DNA of 64,000 nucleotides from Armatimonadota bacterium. Lineage in GTDB: Bacteria; Armatimonadota; Hebobacteria; CAIYQO01. The DNA is taken from the NCBI GenBank assembly GCA_020060775.1, contig JAGUZN010000211.1:6224-70223 (forward strand). The letters run 5' to 3'. Below the pieces are notes generated by a model. The model worked only from the letters and a program-made list of their open reading frames with translations. It was not told the origin of the DNA and did no database searches. How positions within the stretch are numbered: the first letter of the stretch is position 1; every line of letters begins with the position of its first letter. Shown here in pieces: positions 59,016 to 64,000 of the stretch. A program made the position numbers and the translations under genes.

Positions 59016-61712
59016 CTATGGTTTCTTATGCTTTACGAGACGATACGCGGCTCGCTGCATGTCTTCGCTGTAGAAATCAGGCTTTCCTAACCAGATAATC
59101 GTGCCGTCCCGCAGTTGCAGCACATTGGGACCGGCAGGCCGTTCGGCGCCGATTTCTATCTCCTGCACCCGACGATAGGCCTGTTCACGCCGATAGAACG
59201 TGTATTGCTCACCGGGTTGCGTGGTCAGGCAAATTTCCTCCCCAGCAAGAGACAGCACATCCCCCGCCGCGGTAAGGCAAGTGACGGTTTTCTCCGGCCA
59301 GGGGTTACGCAGGCGCATCTCACCGCCGACGGTGCTTTCGATGACCACGCACTGCGTTGTGCCCTTGCTCATCCAAGCGGAGACGAGAAACGCGCCCTCT
59401 GTGCGGAAACGATCAAAGCCGCCGGTGAACCTGCGCGGCACAGCGGGAAAGATGCGAATGAGACCGCCGTAGCTCTGCAGTAGCGTCTCATTGATGAACG
59501 TCATGTAGGCCGAACTCATCTCCAGTACCGGGAAGACGGTCTCGCGAGCTGTCCAGTTCGGTGTGGCTTCGCTGGTGCTGTTGGCGTGCATCGGTTCCGC
59601 GAGCGGCATCACTTCATCGCCATCCATGATTTCGGCAGAGGGAATCGCCGTGAGATTCGCCTCGGTCTGCGCCGGGTCGGCCACCAGGAAAGCGTTATGC
59701 ACAAATAAACCGTTCGGCTTCAACAAACAACGGAGCGGTTGTTCCCAGAACAGGTCCCACGCCTCACGCTTCCACCCCATGCGCAATGCCATCATATCGG
59801 CAAAGAACCAGGACCAGCCGTTGAAGAAATGGTTACGTCCCAGGGTATCGGCATACGAGCGCATGGTAAACCGGGTGGCAAAGGAGTCGTACGTGCTCCG
59901 CACCAATGCGTGAATCTCCGGCGGGCTGTCGACCCCGTACTCGCCACAGGGGAAAACCGAGTAGAGGCCACCATACTGGGACGCGTGATGGTTCCAGGGC
60001 GCTCCCTCGCCTTCCAGGATGATGCCGTGCTCCACCGGGTAGTCGGGATACTTCGCCAGGATGTCCCGCCAGCGCGCCGCCAACTCGTGGTCGACATCCA
60101 GCAGCTCTGCCGCTTCCATAGCCTGCTGCATGCACACCTTGAGCAGCGAGAGCGTGTGCGGGGGATTGGCGATATCCAGGTCCATGATTTCCGGCGGGAT
60201 ACTGGGCCAGAGCCGGTAACGGTCGCGTGCTGCATCGAAGGTCATATAATCGGCGAAGAAGGCGCAGACCTCGCGCAAAAAGGGATAGATATCGCGTTGC
60301 AGCCGCGTGCGGTCCTGAGAGAAGCGATAGCCCCAGGCATAAATCAACCCCTGGTAGGGGCCGCCGCACTGGATGTACCGGTAGATGCCGGGCATCAAGT
60401 CGCTCCCCCGGGGTTCGCAACCACACGGAAAGAAGATGCCGTCCATGTCGTATATCCCCTTAGTGTGCGTCTGCAACGCGGGGATCATCGCATTGAAGGT
60501 CTGATAAAAACTCTCCACCAACTCCAGGTGGTTGGCGGCGAACAGCGGCATCGGCGGCATTTCACTGTTCTGGTCATTGGTATACGTCCCTCCCCAGGGA
60601 ACATGTTGCGAAGGCTCATCATCCGGGCCGTACCATAAACCGTACAGACCAGGCACGGGCGCCACACCGTAACAACTCGCCAGCTGGTACAGCGAAAAAT
60701 ACCAGAGTTGCTCGAGGAACGGTTGATCAAGTTTCAGCAACGACTGCCGCCAGAATGCCGCCCACCACTGCCGGTGCGCGGCATACAGGCTCTCGTAACC
60801 GTCAGCCGCGGCCTCTTCCGCCAGTGTAGTCGCTGCCGCCAGGGGATCATCGGCTTCCAGGCTGGTCACCACCGCCAGGTACACCTCGAAATCGCCGCCC
60901 GTACCGGCGATCGCCATGTTGCCCTGCACTGATGTGCGGACAGTCTCTGGCAGTGTCGCCCAGTGCTGTGGGCGGTAATGCGTCTCCATCCACGCTTTCC
61001 AGGCATCGCCCCCGGTGAGCACGACTTTCGCCACCATCACATAGCGCAAGCCGTCAGGGAGGGTTTGGTCGAGGATGAGCCGATCATCCTCTGCGCTGAG
61101 CTTTGGTGGTTCGAGTTCGGCATCGGGATGCCACAGCAGTTCGACACGGTTGTGGAATGAAGAAATCCAGGAAACATCGCAAACCCGCACCACCAGCACA
61201 TTCTTGCCGCGCGGGATACAACTCGTAATGCGCGGGTGCGACATGTGCTTGTCCAGATGAGTATGCAAACAAGCATCGTGCAGCGAAAGTCGCTGGCTGA
61301 TCAGGTGGCCGCCCGTCCAGGTGCTGTCATTGCCGAACTTAATGCGCAGAATGCCGCAGGTCTTCGGGGTGACCTTCTGCGTCGACGTGGGCGTTTCCAT
61401 ATGCTCCAGATCGAATGCGGTGCCGCCCGCCGCCATCAAGTCGAGCACCTCCTGGTGGGTGAGGCGACGTCGTGGGGGAGTCCGGTAATCGTACACATCG
61501 TTTTTATTAATCACGAACTCGGGGTGAAACGGCGCGTACGCCAGCGCACCCAGTGCGCCGTTGCCCAGCGGCAACCCGTCGCGCCAGGTATCGCCGGCCC
61601 GCTCGTACACCAGATCGTGCTGCGCGAGGAATTCTTCCCAATTCACGTTGAGCATTGTTGCGGCCTTTATGTTGGAGTAGATAACCGTTGATGGTACTTC
61701 AATACTGTCCAT
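59016..61712 (-). CDS. Glycoside hydrolase family 95-like protein (alpha-L-fucosidase-like), ~880-900 aa.
   Basis: The size and the region VPWGGTYTNDQNSE resemble the GH95 W-x-G-x-Y-T-x-N-x-N-x-(E/Q) motif. The alternative start MLNVNWEEF at 61655 would avoid a 14-bp overlap with the upstream gene. Confidence 0.6.
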   Translation of the reverse strand: MDSIEVPSTVIYSNIKAATMLNVNWEEFLAQHDLVYERAGDTWRDGLPLGNGALGALAYAPFHPEFVINKNDVYDYRTPPRRRLTHQEVLDLMAAGGTAFDLEHMETPTSTQKVTPKTCGILRIKFGNDSTWTGGHLISQRLSLHDACLHTHLDKHMSHPRITSCIPRGKNVLVVRVCDVSWISSFHNRVELLWHPDAELEPPKLSAEDDRLILDQTLPDGLRYVMVAKVVLTGGDAWKAWMETHYRPQHWATLPETVRTSVQGNMAIAGTGGDFEVYLAVVTSLEADDPLAAATTLAEEAAADGYESLYAAHRQWWAAFWRQSLLKLDQPFLEQLWYFSLYQLASCYGVAPVPGLYGLWYGPDDEPSQHVPWGGTYTNDQNSEMPPMPLFAANHLELVESFYQTFNAMIPALQTHTKGIYDMDGIFFPCGCEPRGSDLMPGIYRYIQCGGPYQGLIYAWGYRFSQDRTRLQRDIYPFLREVCAFFADYMTFDAARDRYRLWPSIPPEIMDLDIANPPHTLSLLKVCMQQAMEAAELLDVDHELAARWRDILAKYPDYPVEHGIILEGEGAPWNHHASQYGGLYSVFPCGEYGVDSPPEIHALVRSTYDSFATRFTMRSYADTLGRNHFFNGWSWFFADMMALRMGWKREAWDLFWEQPLRCLLKPNGLFVHNAFLVADPAQTEANLTAIPSAEIMDGDEVMPLAEPMHANSTSEATPNWTARETVFPVLEMSSAYMTFINETLLQSYGGLIRIFPAVPRRFTGGFDRFRTEGAFLVSAWMSKGTTQCVVIESTVGGEMRLRNPWPEKTVTCLTAAGDVLSLAGEEICLTTQPGEQYTFYRREQAYRRVQEIEIGAERPAGPNVLQLRDGTIIWLGKPDFYSEDMQRAAYRLVKHKKP

Positions 61713-62754
61713 ACTCGTTCACGAGATTGATCGCATAGTTATGGTCGTCAAAGGAGATGGTGGGCGGAATGGAGTGATCGATGTAGTAGACATATCCGCC
61801 GTGCTCCTTGGCCACCGGGACCTTGGATGAGATCTCCTCTTTGATCGCCGCGCGGTCGCCACTTGCAAGGATATCGGCATTGATGTTGCCGACCAGCGTG
61901 ATCTTATCGCCGTAGCGCGGCTTCAACTGCCGCACGTCATTGCCGGCACGCGCCTCCAACGGGTGGATCCAGTCGAACCCCGTCTCAATGAAGAGAGGCA
62001 TGAGTGCATCGAGATTGCCGTCGCAGTGCAGCAGCATGTACTTCTCGTGTTTGGTACACCATTCGCGCAGGCGCGTGTACCCCGGCATGATGACTTCGCG
62101 GTAGGTGCTTGGCGAGAACATCGGCCCGCTGTGGTAGGCCATGTCGGTGAAGAACCAGACGGCGTCAAACTGAATATCGCGTGCCGCGGTGCGGTCGAGC
62201 ATGCCGATGAGGAAGTCGAGGTAATCGTCGTAGATCTCACGCATCTCCTCCGGCTCGGAGGCCAACCAGCAGCAGAGGTTCTCCATGCCGAGCATTTTAA
62301 AACTCATCCAGAAGTGGTCATCGGTGGTGATGTAGGCGAAGCGGTCAGGCGCCGGTTGCCACGACTCGACATAGAAGCGCGCATCGTTGACATCGAAACG
62401 CTCGCGGTGCCGCCGCCAGTCCTCCATGGTCTGGATGCGGTGCTCCAGCTCGATATGCCCAGCGGAACTGCCCCCGTGTTTTTTCCACTTGGACACCGTG
62501 CCCCACCAGTTCTGGTCGATGCAGTACTCCTCGGTCTCCTCATAAATCTCGTGGGGGAAGAAGTCATTCCGAAAGGGGTAACAGCTATCCACGATGTCAA
62601 AGCCGTAATATTCTTCGACCGACACGCCTGTCGGCATCCCTTCGCGCTGCCAGCGTTCTACCGTTTCCGGCCAGGCGCCTCCGGCGTAGATCGGAATGCG
62701 GTCCAGCGTACGGTGCTGCAGCGTAGCTAAAAAGCGTTCTCGCGATGTTACCAT
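61699..62754 (-). CDS. Uroporphyrinogen-decarboxylase (URO-D) superfamily protein of unknown function.
   Basis: Has a URO-D-like TIM-barrel sequence. The start is chosen at MVTSRERFL (62754). It sits in a glycan-degradation cluster rather than a heme cluster. Confidence 0.6.
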   Translation of the reverse strand: MVTSRERFLATLQHRTLDRIPIYAGGAWPETVERWQREGMPTGVSVEEYYGFDIVDSCYPFRNDFFPHEIYEETEEYCIDQNWWGTVSKWKKHGGSSAGHIELEHRIQTMEDWRRHRERFDVNDARFYVESWQPAPDRFAYITTDDHFWMSFKMLGMENLCCWLASEPEEMREIYDDYLDFLIGMLDRTAARDIQFDAVWFFTDMAYHSGPMFSPSTYREVIMPGYTRLREWCTKHEKYMLLHCDGNLDALMPLFIETGFDWIHPLEARAGNDVRQLKPRYGDKITLVGNINADILASGDRAAIKEEISSKVPVAKEHGGYVYYIDHSIPPTISFDDHNYAINLVNEYGQY

Positions 62755-62846
62755 GTGACTATCCCTCGCTAAAGAGTATTGCTTGTTTGCTTCTCTTATG
62801 AGCACACAACGGGAGCGGAGTGCGGAGGCACCCCGCTCCCGGGTTA

Positions 62847-64000
62847 CTACTCGCCCTTGTACACGATCGTCTTTTCAGGCGACAGCAAGAAGGGAATCAC
62901 TGCTCCCGTGAAGTTGGAGAAGGGCAACACCTCCTCATGGATGCGAATGCCCAGCGTGTCGATCATGAAGCGGCGGCGCGCCTGCACGCGCGCCCACATC
63001 TGCGGATAGCGGGCGGCGAGTTCATCGCGCAGGGCCTGGTCGGCAATGGCCACGCCGTCCTCGGCAAAAGCGCCGAAGTGGGCATTCGGTGCGCCGGGGA
63101 AGAAGTCGGCCTGCCAGTACATGCCGCTGACCACGGTAAGCTGGGAGCCTTCCCAGACCGGGCTACTCGTCCACTCGTCTTCGCCAATGAGGTGCCCGCA
63201 ATTAAGCCCGAGGGTGAACCCCAGCGGCAGCAGGCGATCAGCCACCGCGTGGTGCAGTTCATCGCCGGTGGCCCCCAGACGCAGCGTTTCGTACCAGGTG
63301 GCCAGTGCCTCGAAATACGGGTAGGCGGTGCCGTCCAGGTAATCTTTCACCGGTTCGGGGGCGTCTTCCGGACCATGTGCCACCCAGCCGAAGCGGCAGG
63401 TATTCGCCCCCTGGTAGGCATAGGTGAGAAACATCGGATCGCCAAACTCGACGACGGTGGAGCGCGAACTGGCCATCAGGTATTTACGCAGATTCTCTCC
63501 TGATGTGCAGACCGGGCTGCAGCAAAAGGCCATGCCGTAGTATGGGATACTGCCGAAGATCTCGTGCTCGCTGCGTCCTGGCTTGATCTCGTGCAACCCC
63601 TCGAGCACGTTTTGCGAGTTATTAGTGGACACCCATTCGAAATCGGCCAACTGCTCGGGCCCATTGATGTTGCGCATTCCATCCTGCGGATGCATGAACA
63701 TCGCCGTTTCATTGGTCACGCGCGCCTGCGACGCCGCGCGCCGGATGGACATGGCGATGTATTCGGGGATTTCCAGCACTTCCTCCGCGTTGGGAAACTC
63801 ATCCTCACTGAAATACTTCCAGCCGGCCACCCCCACGCGACGGCAGCGGTCCAGCCCGTCGTTTCGCAGCATGTCGTACAGCGGCTGCACCTGGCCGCGC
63901 GGCTGGTCGAGCAGACTCAATGACTGGTACAGCCGGCGCTCGACCTCAAGCACGGCGATATTTGAGTACCCCATTCCCTCGTTGCCGACATAAAGAATCG
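62847..64000 (-). CDS. Creatinase/prolidase (M24)-like metallopeptidase-fold protein. The 5' end is probably beyond the window.
   Basis: GLNCGHLIGEDEW resembles the HGxGHxLG metal-site region of the family. The reading frame remains open upstream of the M at 63974 through to position 64000. Confidence 0.5.
   Translation of the reverse strand, partial: ILYVGNEGMGYSNIAVLEVERRLYQSLSLLDQPRGQVQPLYDMLRNDGLDRCRRVGVAGWKYFSEDEFPNAEEVLEIPEYIAMSIRRAASQARVTNETAMFMHPQDGMRNINGPEQLADFEWVSTNNSQNVLEGLHEIKPGRSEHEIFGSIPYYGMAFCCSPVCTSGENLRKYLMASSRSTVVEFGDPMFLTYAYQGANTCRFGWVAHGPEDAPEPVKDYLDGTAYPYFEALATWYETLRLGATGDELHHAVADRLLPLGFTLGLNCGHLIGEDEWTSSPVWEGSQLTVVSGMYWQADFFPGAPNAHFGAFAEDGVAIADQALRDELAARYPQMWARVQARRRFMIDTLGIRIHEEVLPFSNFTGAVIPFLLSPEKTIVYKGE

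Noticed and set aside
1-64000. tRNA, rRNA and CRISPR scan by eye.
   Set aside because: No GTTCGA-type T-loop contexts, no rRNA-like stretches and no regularly spaced direct repeats were seen. None is claimed.

Overview
This 64-kb window comes from a high-GC bacterial genome. I found no rRNA, tRNA, CRISPR array, transposase or integrase. The content falls into four blocks.

(1) Positions 1.6-12.1 kb, minus strand: a chemosensory operon (MCP-cheW-cheA-cheR-cheX) with no cheY or cheB in the window. Next to it are a PAS/HD-GYP c-di-GMP phosphodiesterase and a two-component pair: a REC-HisKA_3 hybrid kinase and a NarL/LuxR-type regulator.

(2) Positions 12.4-27.3 kb: a surface-glycan (EPS/O-antigen-like) locus. 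Its genes include:
- Wzz/Wzx/Wzy-type export and polymerisation genes;
- two GT4 glycosyltransferases and WecB;
- a C5-epimerase-like protein and a CapK/PaaK-like adenylate-forming enzyme;
- a PglE-PglD-PglC-like (bacillosamine-type) module;
- a second, divergently transcribed aminotransferase + PglC-like transferase pair.
The wzy/capK/wzx segment is visibly AT-richer than its surroundings.

(3) Positions 27.4-37.9 kb: an exported hypothetical protein and a PAS-GGDEF-EAL protein, followed on the plus strand by a second signalling module in inverted orientation to block 1. That module is a MASE1-PAS-HisKA_3 kinase, a NarL regulator, a paralogous MCP and a paralogous CheW. The glycan locus is therefore bracketed by inverted paralogous HK-RR-MCP-CheW sets and by c-di-GMP turnover enzymes.

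(4) Positions 38-64 kb: mostly housekeeping and catabolic genes. These include rlmD, PBP1A, pyrE, DUF1232, a REC/GAF-GGDEF cyclase, hisG, SDR and MDR dehydrogenases, an OmpW-like barrel, ruvB, an M28 peptidase, a Gfo/Idh/MocA oxidoreductase, NRAMP, a MazG-like protein, SpoIID, and a glycan-degradation cluster (GH-like, GH95-like, UroD-like, M24-like). Two genes run off the window edges: 1..1438 on the minus strand, which the ORF track missed, and 62847..64000 on the minus strand.

The most interesting hypothesis is a Che-like pathway wired through a receiver-containing HisKA_3 kinase and NarL regulators, together with c-di-GMP enzymes, to control the embedded glycan locus.
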